Of a stretch of DNA of 43,935 nt, positions 12,374 through 24,689 are shown piece after piece. Below the pieces are notes generated by a model. That model saw only the letters and a program-made list of their open reading frames with translations, was not told where the DNA came from and did not search any database. The first letter of the stretch is position 1. Each line of letters starts with the position of its first letter. The stretch is from Bigelowiella natans CCMP2755 (lineage: Eukaryota; Protista; Cercozoa): contig ADNK01000781.1 of assembly GCA_000320545.1 (NCBI GenBank), positions 1 to 43,935 on the forward strand, in the 5' to 3' direction. Both the position numbers and the translations under genes were made by a program.

Positions 12374-13382
12374 CCCAATGCTAAGCTGAGACGACAGCAT
12401 ATTAAAGAAGAAGAAGAAGAAGAAGCATGCATGCATGCTGATCAAGTATCCTACATCATACCCTCTAGACGTGTTTCCCCTCATGAACTGAGGCCGCGGA
12501 AATATTTGTCCTCTACGCGCCGATCAGGAAATATGGGAACGGGGGGGGGGGGGGGCATTAGGAGGAGGTGGTGGAGGAGGAGGAGGAGGCAAGTGAAAAT
12601 AACGAATGACGTTAAAATAATAGTAACACGAGTAATAATGATTATAGCGACACTGACACTGACTGTACAAATACAAAGGCGTGATGTTCAGACGGTATTG
12701 TGAAGCACCACCCCCACCTCCACCACCACAAGGGAACGACATGATGACAATGATGATGATGATGATGATGACAATGATGGCTGCTAGTGTCGTCGAACAT
12801 GCGCTAGATGCATCATCACCGCAACAGTTATCAATTTTTATTCTTATACGTGTCATAAGAAAGAAAGGTCATCAATGTTTTCTTTGCTTCACACGTGCAA
12901 AAAGAGAAGAGGTATTTAGTAATGACACCTAAGGCCGCCGCCGCCGACAGCCCCTGCTCCTACGGGTGGATGAAGCATAGCGCTGCTCCTCCACATTGGG
13001 TGAAGGGGAGGGGGGGGAACCCGTCCCAATCCTTAATAAATAATAACAATGATGCCAACATAATAATGAACACAGGTATGATGACGACGGTGGCGATGAC
13101 GACAATGCAACAACTGCTGCTTCATAACGATGATGATAATAATGATAGATAATAGATGATAGATGATAGATGATAGATGATATCGTCTATTAAAACAAAA
13201 GAAGCTTAACGAGGAGAAAACTTGGCGTGGAGAGTACACACAAACCGATTAAAATCTCATCATCATGACAAACTGCGACTACTACGACAACGACAACGAC
13301 TTGGCACTACTACTATTACCACCTATAGGCATAATCAAAGGACTTGGCCGCCCTGATCAATATGATTATCAAACACACACAA

Positions 13383-13426
<44 letters not shown>

Positions 13427-13719
13427 GAGTGATTGGTGCTCAGCATCATCATTGACACAAGTATTAGGTTATTAATGAATGTTATTAGTGTCGTAGTAGC
13501 GACGTGTACCAAGTACAGAAGGTCTGCTGTTAAGTCCTTCTCCTCCGCCGCCTCCTCCTCCTCCATGAGGTGGCCGTGAAGCACCAATAGGGCTCTCTAA
13601 TGAGGGAGGGACGTAGGGATGGAGGGATGGATGAATAAATGGATGCATGGATGCATGGATGATAATAACGATGATTGTTGTTGTTGTTGTTGATGATGAT
13701 GATTATTATTATTATCTAT

Positions 13720-13757
<38 letters not shown>

Positions 13758-14885
13758 AAGTATACAGTAAGTATATGGAATAATGTTATTTTATCATAAT
13801 CTTGTTAGTAAGACCCGCTGGTGCTGCAGTAGGGCTCGACACCCTATTATGATTATCCTCACCAGTGCTACTGTTACCAGTAGTTAAAAACCTGCGGTGA
13901 GGATGAGGGGGGGGAGGCTGATGCTGAGGATGGCGATGATGGCTGCCCCCCCCCCCTCCGCCAAGGTGCATCGGGGAACTGCCGAACAATCCCGGTCCCC
14001 CCGTTTTAGGTGTGTATCCTCCTCCTCCTACTCCTGCTCCAATTCCACGACGCATCTTCGAATCGGGGGTTAATAAGCAAGGAGAGAGGATGTCAGTGCC
14101 TCTCATCGCATACGATGCCATGATAGAGGGACCTACACCCCTTGCGCCGAACCCAGGCAGGTGTATTGGAGGGGGACGCCTCCCCCCTGCTCGAAGAGGG
14201 GAAGTAGGTGTTGTCGCTGGTGAGGGATGAGTGAGGTGGCGGGGAGTGACCGCATCGAAGTTAGTAGAGGTGCTACTACGAGGGGTCACAGGTTGCTGCT
14301 GCTGCTGATTATGATGATGATGATCCGCAGATGAAGAAGACTCCTTCAGTAAGGATGCACGCGCACGGATATAAGCCTGCTCTTGAGCACTCTGAGTAAA
14401 GAGGAGGAGGAGGAGGAGGAGGAGGAGGAGAAATGAAGAAGTTGTCAATGCAAATCAATGGAGTGATGCTAAAATTTACGACATGCATGAACGTCATCGT
14501 ACCTCTTCTTCCTGTTGTTTTTGCTTGGTTTTCTGTTCCTCCAGCAGCACACGCTGGTTTATCCGCATCATAAAATAGCAGGGTGACAGAGCAGAAGATA
14601 TCTTAACTCAAATCGCCAAGATTCAACATGAATCAATCTTCGCTCAATCCACCCCTTTCTCTTAAGTTCAACACCACAAGCTCATCTTCTCCAACGATTA
14701 CTACCACATCCTATGCGTTTCGGTAAAGATTATTTCTACCTTGAGATTCATAAAGAGCAGGTGTTTCTGTTTTTGTTGCCCCTTGAGCTTTTCCTCCAGC
14801 TCCCCTAACTTCTCTTCCAGGCTGCAGGTAGTAGTGGTGATGTAGGCGTGAGTGGTAGACTTTGTAGGTCATGTTGAAGGAAGAT

Positions 14886-14934
<49 letters not shown>

Positions 14935-16338
14935 CGAGAGAGAGGAGGGGAGAGAGAGAAGCAATGCGCTTAGGATTTAAACAGATTCACTAAATATGGC
15001 GTGTTTATTCTAAGGTATAAAAATACAGGTCGGAATGCATGTGATTTATATAATTCTCACGTTTTCTCTGGTTTTGCTGGAGATTTCTTTATCTCATTAT
15101 TAGCCGAAGAGTGGGGTTCTTTGTCGCGGTTACTGCTACTTTCTGTTCCCCCTCCTTTGTTTACAGGGTGGTGGAGTGTGAATAAGAACGATAATCACTA
15201 ATGCACAACATTCCTTGACGAATTATTGCTGCTACTATTACCTTGCTCGTTATCTGGCTTTGTTGGATCCACTGAAGAAGAATGAGAAGAGCAATTTTTT
15301 CCGCCCTCTCTTCTTCGCTCGCCCTTCTTGTCTTCTTCATTGTCACCATTAAGTTCTTTACTTTCACCGCTGTTTTCGCTAGTCTTTTCCTCCTTCACAG
15401 AAACATCTGGAGTCTTCTTAGGATCTGTTGCTGCTAGTGGAGGGTTTTCCTCTGCATCAAGTGCGTCAGTGTGCACAACAGACAGAATCATGGCGGAAAA
15501 TAAGGAATAAGGTTGTGATATGACACGCATTTCTTTACACACGCGCGCGCACTCACACAATAAGGTACATATAGATGCTCTCTGAATAAATTTCAAGATA
15601 GCATGTACCTTCTGTGATCTTTTCGTCTTTATCTGCATTCTCCTTTTCCTCTTTCTGCTCGTTGTCATCTTCGATGCGCTTCTGATCAGCAGATAGCTCT
15701 ACTCCCATCCCTTTGCATTCATCTTTTTCTTGATTTCCCTCGATTTTAATTTTCTTTAAAGGAGGCGTGTCTAACGTATTCCCCTCTCCGCTCTCCTTCC
15801 CTTCCTTAGCATTTTTTGCTTCAAGTTCTTTCTCCATCGCCTCAATCCTTTTCCTAGCTTCTTTCAATATTTGATCTCTGGAGTACATATGTCTAATGAG
15901 ATTAAATTAAAAAGAATCTTAGCTGTACAGACCTCTTCTTGTCTTGCTTGTATAAATACATCTTGCGCTTTAGGAAGTGCTTTTGCCGGGGGGGAAGAGC
16001 AAGGGGTATTCTCTTAAACATCTTGCCTTTTTTCCTCCGGTGCATATGCCTGTGTAATGGAAAAACGCCCATGAGGATGAAAATAGTATTGTGTTAATTA
16101 TTTTGCAACTTGCGTAGAATAAAGTTCAAATTCACTAAATGAGTTTTTGTGACTTACGCATACTCCACTTTGTCCACCTCCGCCTCCGATCTGATAGTTG
16201 TAAAGAAACAATATAAGGTAGGTAGTCAAAATGAGATAATTTCAACATATTGTTGGATTTTTTTAATGATTTTAGTGACCGCGACAATAGTAGCTGTGCT
16301 GGGCCGCTTTGCCGGGTGGTTCGCCTGTTGGTAGCCAT
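11958..16338 (-). CDS. Nuclear low-complexity protein with a GPS2-like coiled-coil motif and Pro/Gly/RG-rich C-terminus
   Basis: Spliced chain from ATG 16338 (MATNRRTT..). Exons 14740-14821 and 14503-14553 give LEEKLGELEEKLKGQQKQKHLLFMNLK|RVLLEEQKTKQKQQEEE, resembling the GPS2 signature LEEKLLALQEEKHQLFLQLKKVLHEEEK. A Ser/Thr-Pro-rich exon (about 13813-14392) follows, and a probable last exon reads RGRGYYR* (TGA at 11958). Middle 3' exons are uncertain. Confidence 0.65.
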
Positions 16339-16927
16339 TCCTCGAGATTTATGGAGATTCAGAGTTCTCGCCGTTCGCGGGGATTAAGCGAAAATCGATC
16401 TAAATCCCGGAGATGCAAGGAAATACTACTAGGATGTTTCATGAGTGTCATGCAAACATGAGAAATCAATGGTATTTTTATCTAAAAGCAATGAATCTTC
16501 TCTCTATGAGCGTAAATTTAGGATAAAAATTCAAGGAAATTAACATTTTCTCCAATTCTATACCTTAAAGACCTGGGGAAGCTCGAGAAACTGACAGGCC
16601 AAATCTGTTGTAAATGATTGTTATTAGTGATGTGCGTCTAAGCATTTGTGTTGTCTCAAAAAAAGGTTTGGTACGATTGAGAAACGCGCCGTCAAAGTTG
16701 TTATATCTTCAGTTTCTGTGAAACCGGACACAATGAGGGTAATTGGATAGAGACAATTTATTTTTCTTGTCGTACCTATAAAAATACATCTTATTTTGAA
16801 ATTACGGCTTGAATTTCTTTCAACAAATCTGAATAGAATCCCCCACCCTGCACTCCCCCTGCATCGAACTGCTGAGTGTGCTGATTGGAGTATTAGTGTT
16901 GTGATAGAGCGATAAGGGCTGGAAAAT
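16339..16927. promoter_or_regulatory. Probable bidirectional promoter between divergent GPS2-like and coiled-coil genes
   Basis: About 590 bp between head-to-head ATGs; AT-rich core; GAGATT-like motifs next to the minus-strand ATG. Function is inferred from gene geometry. Confidence 0.55.
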
Positions 16928-19785
16928 ATGGAGGAGGATGGTGTTGATAATTATGAGGCTGGGGCAGAGAATGGAAACGAGGAGGATAATAAGCCAGTTG
17001 TTTTCGGAACATTCGACATTCGTTCTCCTAGGTGAGTGACACGAAACGCTGCCATTCATTCGAGCTTGGCACACTAGTTTGCACGTAGATTCCATTTGAA
17101 ATTCGCATCGAACTTCGTGGAAATAATTCATGGTATTTTTAGTTTCTGGGTCTAGTTTAGATTTCGACAAGACTTCGCTGATGTGAAAATTAACCTCCAA
17201 ATTTCATATTTGATTACTGTTTTCTTTACTAGATCGAAGGAAGCATGTGCGAGGCTTGGAATATTGCCTGAAGAGCTGAAGAAAAGGTCGCTTGCATCCT
17301 TCTCACGTCCGGATTTGACAAAGAAGCTACAAAAAAAAGCATGGCAACACCACGAGAGCAACCGAAAGGCACTTCGTTTGGACGCAGTGGAAGAACGAAA
17401 GCGGATAATTCAAACGAGCCACGATGAAGAAGAGGGTGCAAAGAAAGATAGACAAAAACTAGCGCGAGAACGTGCACGATTAAAGGAGGAGAAACAAAAG
17501 CTCCAGAAGGACTTAGAGAAAATGCTTGCGTACGAGATGAAAATGGCAAAGATGAGGGAGCAAAGGGAAGCAAAACTTGAGGAGGAAAGAAAGAAGGAGG
17601 CAGCTGAAAGACGAAAGGAAGCTGAGAGAAAACGCCAGCTGGAAATTAGAAAAACAGAAGCAATGAAAGCTAGGTGATGGGAAAACAGTAAACATATTCA
17701 AATGCACTGCATCTTGTGTGCATCACCATATTGCCCTCATCATCATAATAATCTTTGTCTCTATTTCAGAATGAAAGCCAAAGAGGAAGAACGTGCGAGA
17801 GAGCGCGCAATTGCTGTGAAGATCTTTGAAAAAGAACGACAACAGCTCGAGAAGGAAAGGGAGGAGATGCTGAAAAGGAATAGGGAGAAAGCAGAGCAGG
17901 AAGCGGCACGAGCAAGGGCGTTTCTAAAGAGACAAGAAGAGCTGAAAGAAGAGGCTGACAGAATACAGGCGATGAAGAAAAAGAAACAAGAGGAAATGAA
18001 TAAACAGGACAAAGAGCGTGCTGACCTGCTCGACAGACAACGCAGGATGGCAGCTAAAAAGGTATACGATCAACGATTGTAGTGCGCAAGAATCCATGGA
18101 TAATATAAGAGATAGAGAGTAAAATAAAATTTGAAATTATGTTAAGAGTTTTCATAATTATCCAGCAAGAAAAAGGAAGACAAAGACATACAATACATAG
18201 ATCATTTCACAGACACCTCCTTCTCTTCCTATTTTGTTATCTGTATGTGCAATAGCTTGCTCGGCAGCGAAAGATGAAGGATGACAGAGTCAAGACGGCA
18301 ATGGAGAACCAGGAAAAAATTAGAAACATGCAGCTTGAGCGGATGCGGCTGAAGAATGAGGAACGTGAACAGAAGAATAAAGAGTGGGAGGAGGCGAAGA
18401 GACGAGAGGCACGTGCTCTCAGACGAAGACAAGCTGAACAAGCTGAACAGCAACGCGAGGCTAAGGAAAGAGCTGATAAAAATCTTGAGATGCGCAAAGA
18501 GATGATTCTCGCGAAGCAGAGAGAGGTAGATGAAAAGCTCCAAAGGAAAGAAGAAGCGAAAGCGCAAATGATGAAGCGCAAGGCTAAAGAGGCACGCGAG
18601 CAGGAGGAACAAAGAAAAGCAGCCTACGAGAAAATGAAGATGCAGCTTGAGGAGCGTAAAAACGATATAGTGACTAAGCGCGCTGAGCTCGACGAACGCC
18701 AAGAGAAGGCGAGACAGAAACGAAGCGACGAGTTAGCAGAGAAAAAACTAGAATCAGAGATGCTCGTCAAGGACCGCGCTGCTCAAGTAGAACGCCAAAG
18801 GCGAAGAAAGCTATACGAGGCAGATCAGCTACAGCAGCGTATTGATGCTGATCGAAAGCGGGTGGCACTGTTGAAGTCCCAACAAGAGGAAATGTTATTA
18901 CTCAGGACAAAGGTCAAAGAAGCTGCACGGCAGCAGAAGGAGAAGATTCAAGAGGCTTTAGGAAAGATCAATATGAATGAGCTTGAGAACTACTCGGAGG
19001 ACAGGCTCAAGGTAATGGGCATAGAAAAAGAGATCGTCCACGCAATTCTTAAGGCGGCCAAGAATGCAAAGAATGCTGAGCTAGAAAATCCTTCCCCGAG
19101 TAAAAATAGAGTTGACTCTGGTTTCGTAAGGAGGAAGCCCGCATCTTCCACGTCCCACACACAATCTAAGAAGAGTAGCTCCAAAAAACAAAATCGGAGC
19201 CATGGATCCAAAAGCATCTCATCTCCTGTCAATAGGATGCGCAAATCTTCGCCTGCTTCTTTTAGTCCCAGCAACAACAGCTCGAGCAGTCAGAGCAATT
19301 ATCTCAAATACAGTAGCATGGGATCATCTCCCTCTGCTGTAAATAGCAACGATATTCACTTTAGTCGTAGGACAAGGATGTCCCCTGGATCAAAAAAGAG
19401 CTTCAAAAAAATGAATGGCAAATCGTCATTAAAAGCCGCTGCTATTAGGTCGATTTATGGGTCATCTCCCGTCCATGGTGGGGGGGGCATGAAGAGCAAA
19501 AGGGCTGGGAAGAGGTCGAATAATAACGATGACTACATCGCAGGGTACGACAAATCCACCAACGAGATCGATCAGCTCAAGTCAAAGCATAATATCTTGG
19601 TGCTTAAAATCTTGGAAACCGAGCATGAGCGCGAGTTGGCGAGGGAGCAAGCCCTGATGGAGGAATTCGATCCTGTTCAGAAGCTACAAATGCAAGAACG
19701 TTTTGATAAAGAACGCCTTTCTGCTAGCCAGAAGATCCTGACTCTAAAAAGAGATCATGAGATGCAACTTAGAGCCTTGCAATGA
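16928..19785 (+). CDS. Long E/K/R-rich coiled-coil protein with N-terminal SPRSxEACxRLGIxPEEL motif (uncharacterised, possibly cytoskeletal/flagellar)
   Basis: Four phase-consistent exons: 16928-17031, 17233-17673, 17770-18061, 18256-19785. The first junction gives FDIRSPR|SKEACARLGILPEEL. Hundreds of residues of charged heptad-like helix follow, then a Ser-rich linker and a terminal helical segment. Confidence 0.85.
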
Positions 19786-20269
19786 TATGCAGCGTTAACG
19801 ATAGTGATGGAAAATGAAGAACTTCTTTAAGTTAAAACATTGTCCCTTATCCAGCCGTAAATATCTGATCTCTTGTGCAATTCGTTGTGCGCATGCGAAT
19901 AAGCTCATAATTGAAAACGCATGATGAAACCAGTGGCATGTGAGCAACACCAGTAAGCCATCTCAGCCTGCCACTACTACGCGCAGCACATATCCAGACA
20001 TACGTGTAGCATAAAACATTGGCACATTGCGGCGCAGTCACATCCAAGCTGCGTGCACTATGATGCAGATGGTTTTGCGATCAGGCGTCGGTCCATACTA
20101 TATACGACATGACGATATGCATATAGACATGCGATGGCATGTTATGATAATCGAATCTTATTTGACAATGCGGCTGCTCATCCTGTTTCTGAGTGCCCTT
20201 CCACATATTACATCGTAGCGTGATCATTCCATCAATTCGTAGTTGTCCCGGTACCGCCTAATCCCTTGT

Positions 20270-21434
20270 TCAATCTTCGTCATCATCCTCTTCTTCTGAT
20301 GCTTCCTTGAGGAACCTGGAAAATAGTAACGTGGCCATGATGATGTGAGCAACACTTATCCCTTTGAACATATATCTTGAAAAGAAAAGAAAATTATAGT
20401 CGTTGAACAAATAACAGGAAGCTTCAATTAGTTTTGCGGAAAAACATCGAGTGGGGAGATTTTGAAATATTGATAGCTAAGTAATCGTTGATGTTGTGAT
20501 GCCCATCATTGTCGTAGGACTGACGTGAGGAATTCTTCCGCACGCTTCAGAATTTCTTTATTTTGAGTCTCATCCTCCCAGTCAAGAGCAGCATCCTCTT
20601 CCAAAATCTCATGTTCGTAGAGTTGATCAAGAGTGAAGGACACGAGCTCCAGATACGCACTGTACCGCTCGCAGCACACTGTAAGGCCTTCAAGCATCAA
20701 TTTCTGGTCATCCGTGCTCTTCGCAAACTGTAGTATTTCAAATGATGATTATGACGACAACGACGATGACGGCATGGAAAACTTAATTAAAAGAAAAGTG
20801 ATGATGGAATTATGAACGACGACGAATGGCGACGAGAATAAAGACGCAGGAAGCAAAGTTTTTCCTTTCGACAGCACCTTTGCCACAACTGGCTTCCAAC
20901 TCTGAAGTAGCTTCTTCAAAGATAACAACGTCCTCCTAGGAAGAAGAATGACACACACACACACACACACATTTGTATATGTTATAAATGTGTGTGTATG
21001 TGTGTTCATTTAACATAAACATAACGTCTGTTGCTAGGCACCAGCATATCAGCCTTAATACCATTACTAATCATCATCATCATCATCACCATCCTCATAT
21101 GATTACGCGATGATGTGAAGAAAACAATCCTCTTTTATAAACACAATTAATATTGTTGAGATCTCAAGCACAGCTTCGCAGTGCCGAAGAATAATCTCCG
21201 ACAAGAAGCAATATTAGAATCTTATTCGAAATCCCACAGCAGGCATTTGATGCGGTCATTTCGCGTATGTGCTGTATTCAAAGAATGTAAAATCCCAGCA
21301 GCAGCTAAACGAATGAATGTGCTCCTCTTGTGTGCTGCTCACGTTTCAGGCTTTTTGCCTTCTTTGGGAGGAGGCTCCGTCAACGAGAAGAAAGCGTGAA
21401 AAACAGCTGCATAGTATTCCTGAGTAGTAGTAGC

Positions 21435-21469
<35 letters not shown>

Positions 21470-21821
21470 GAAATAGGAAGAAGAGGGAGGAAATAGTGAT
21501 GGTGACTCATCATTGAACCATTCTTGAATCAAATCAGATTTTAAAAAAGGATAGTAGTGCCTGTAGAATAGCATGGTGTGTGAGCTTGAGGGATCCAGCC
21601 TCCAGCACTATCGCATCGACATCTAGATTGTTCTTCATTCTGTGTATGTAGAGAGAAGTAACGTTTAGTGGTGTGATGCCGCTCAATTAATACAGGACTC
21701 TTTTCTGTCCTGGAATTTTGAAATCGTTCAGCGATTATTTGCATTCTGCTATGCGGCCGAAGACCTCATCGCATCACCGCAGAACGCAAATCGTCGGCTG
21801 TTGTTGTCAGCAATGTAATAG

Positions 21822-21857
<36 letters not shown>

Positions 21858-23526
21858 TAGTAGTAATAAGGTAGTAGTGATTGCTCGATGATGATGTAGA
21901 TGTACCCTCGATGCAATGTTTCCACCATCTCCTTTTCGAACCGAAGCTTAGCTTCTACATCCTGCTTGCCCTTGCTGTCACTACCGCTATTTTCGAAGCT
22001 GCCTCGATCCCCATTTGAGGGAGAACGAGCACCACCAACCATGGTACTAGCTCTCATAGCATTACCGCTGAAATAGTCTTCTTCGTCCTCTTCGTCCTCA
22101 TCGCCATCATCATCATCATCATCCTTAGCCCACTGAAACTCCGTTTTAGGAGCAAGGCAAGATTCTTCAAACTTGTCGTCGGGTTCCCCTTCAAGACTAG
22201 GCGCATACACAAGAGATGGATTCCCCCCCCCGCATATCTCTCGGCCTTCTTCTTCCGCAGCCTCGATGTTGCGGAGCACCTCGGAATCGTCATCTTCCTC
22301 CCCCTCCTCAGTGGTTGGCTCGAATCGTGATGCCAGACGAGTGAACTCCGGAACTGTCCTCTTAGCTTCGACGACTACTTTGCTTCCGATCAGGCAATTC
22401 GGACTCACTGTGACGCCGTCTTTGAGTACCACATCTGTGGCCAGGATCGATAAGGTAACACGGCAGCCTTTTCCGAGCGTGCAATTGTCCCAGATATAAC
22501 AGTTTCGGAGCACGCAGCCTTCCGAGAGCCTTACGTTGCGACCGAGGATGCACTGGTCCAATACGCAGTTCTCCCCGATTATGCTTCCAGAGCCGATAAC
22601 GGTGTTGCAAGTTATGCGACATGAGAGAGACAAGCGCACTTTGCTCTCTTTATATATATTGTGGCGTTGGACCTGGTAGGAAGAATCCGTGAGGAGGTTG
22701 TACTCGGGCACCATAGGATACGTCCACCGCTGAATAACATCCTTCGATATCGAGTGATAAGACTTAGGGTCTTGCACGCGAGCAGCATACTCCCCTGAGA
22801 TGGTGTGAGAGTGTATCTTGTTCCCAAGCACGAAGTCTCCCAGCACGCCCTTGAGCAGATGCTTCTGCAGGTCTTGCCAGTCGAAGTTCTCGGTTAGTAA
22901 GTCCAACACATCCAAAGCACACACATATATGTGTGTGTTGATGAGGTCATGCCGGAACTCAATGCGTGGGTGCTCATTGATAATTGACACCTCCATCTCT
23001 GTCGCCAACGACTCCATGTCGCTGTCAAATGCCAGCATCTGTTTTGTATCATAATCTATGGCCACCACCGCCCGATCCTCGTACCCGCGCGTACGGTGAT
23101 TAGGTTCAGCTCGCTTCAGCACCACAGTCATTACGTTGAGCTTGTCTTCCTTTCTGCGAGCATGGTGTTGGTCCAGGACGTTTTTAAGGTCGATGTTTGC
23201 AATGACATCCCCGCTGATTAGCACGAAGTCTGACTTGAGTACATGCATCTGCTCTATGTGCCTTAGAGCGTCACCCTCTGAGAAGGAATTCTCACAGTTG
23301 ACAACGGTGAGCTTCATCATACGATTGTAGACAGATTTCTTCAGGTGCTCCTCCACCAGCTCCGCCCAGGCGCAGCATAGAACAAATACTTCATGGACGC
23401 CGTTCGTTGCTAGAAATTCGAGCGTGTAGTTTATCATGGGTATGTTAACGAGAGGGAGGAGTACCTGAGATAATTTTTTTTAAAAGAGTTAGCACCTAAC
23501 TAATACCACGAAACACACATCTTCTT

Positions 23527-23561
<35 letters not shown>

Positions 23562-23796
23562 TGGACTCTCCAGTGTCATTGGGCGGAAGAAAGTCTTGAA
23601 ACTATCTGCCAGCAGCACCGCCTGAAGCACGTTTTCGTGCTTGAGCATATCTCCATCTCCTCCCCCCCCGCTGGACTTCTTGGATCCCTGGATGCGCAAC
23701 GAAAGAAATAGAGCGGCCATTGCGTCATGACGGGGAGAGAAGACGGCAAGATGCAGCACCAGAATGTCACATAGCGTGTACCTTCTTTTTTGCCAT
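20270..23796 (-). CDS. EIF2B5: Translation initiation factor eIF2B subunit epsilon
   Basis: MAKKK|GSKK..LQAVLLADSFKTFFRPMTLESPK|VLLPLVNIPMINYTLEFL nucleotidyltransferase-like domain, IQRWTYPMVPE motif, hexapeptide left-handed beta-helix, acidic linker, and W2 domain (LEAGSLK.., LDQLYEHEILEEDAALDW.., FLKEASEEEDDDED*). Large exon 21906-23464; stop TGA at 20270. Confidence 0.97.
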
Positions 23797-23949
23797 ACGA
23801 GAACTGGTGGCCGCAGATTGAACTGCCAAGCTTCGAGGGTTCGAAGGCAGGGGGGCACAAAAAGCAGTCTTGTGTTGTTGTTGTTGTTGTTGTCGCAATT
23901 GTTGCGTATAATAGAGTCCGATTTGTCGATTAATCAAGCTATCATCTGC

Positions 23950-24650
23950 AAGTCGCATGCATACAACGCCCTTGTTCTGCCAACATGTGCTAGACACAAG
24001 CGTTTAGTTGACTGCGACGCTCCGGAAGAGAGGGACAGGACCATGCTAGCTAGCTAGCATGGGGGGCAACTGATGGGGGGGGGCAACCACCTAGTTGAGG
24101 GCACGGATGAGTCAGCGTGTCCAATAATCCTTTGAACCGATCTGTTGGAAACAATTCATTCATTCATTCTCCCTGAGCATGGAACCAAATGCAGAAATGA
24201 TCCGTCGACGAATCAGCGTGCTAGCGTGTCCCATCAAGCTGTCTGCAGTGCGTTGGAATGAACTAAGCGCTTCCCAAAGAAGCTTGCCATGTCGTCGGAT
24301 GTTCAATGCAATGTGGTGCATTGCAGCTGGCATCACACAGAGCTAGAGAGCGTTGCCCGAGTGTGAATGAACGTGAGCGTGCATCCAGCTGGATCGATCC
24401 AACCACGCGTGGCGCGACACCAGCAATGCTGGTCGCACGCACTTCTAGACGTCTAGATTGTAGGTGACCGTGCATCACACATTGCCACAAACAACGGATG
24501 CTCAGTCATGACACTGCACGCTAGGCGCGGATCGGAGCATGCACCGCAGCTCTAGCTAGCGCAGCCCAGCAGCGCGTCGCTTTGCGCCAGGCTAGCAGGC
24601 CATCTAGCCATGCTGCCGACTCCATCACTGTCGCGCGTACGCACGCGCGT

Positions 24651-24689
<39 letters not shown>

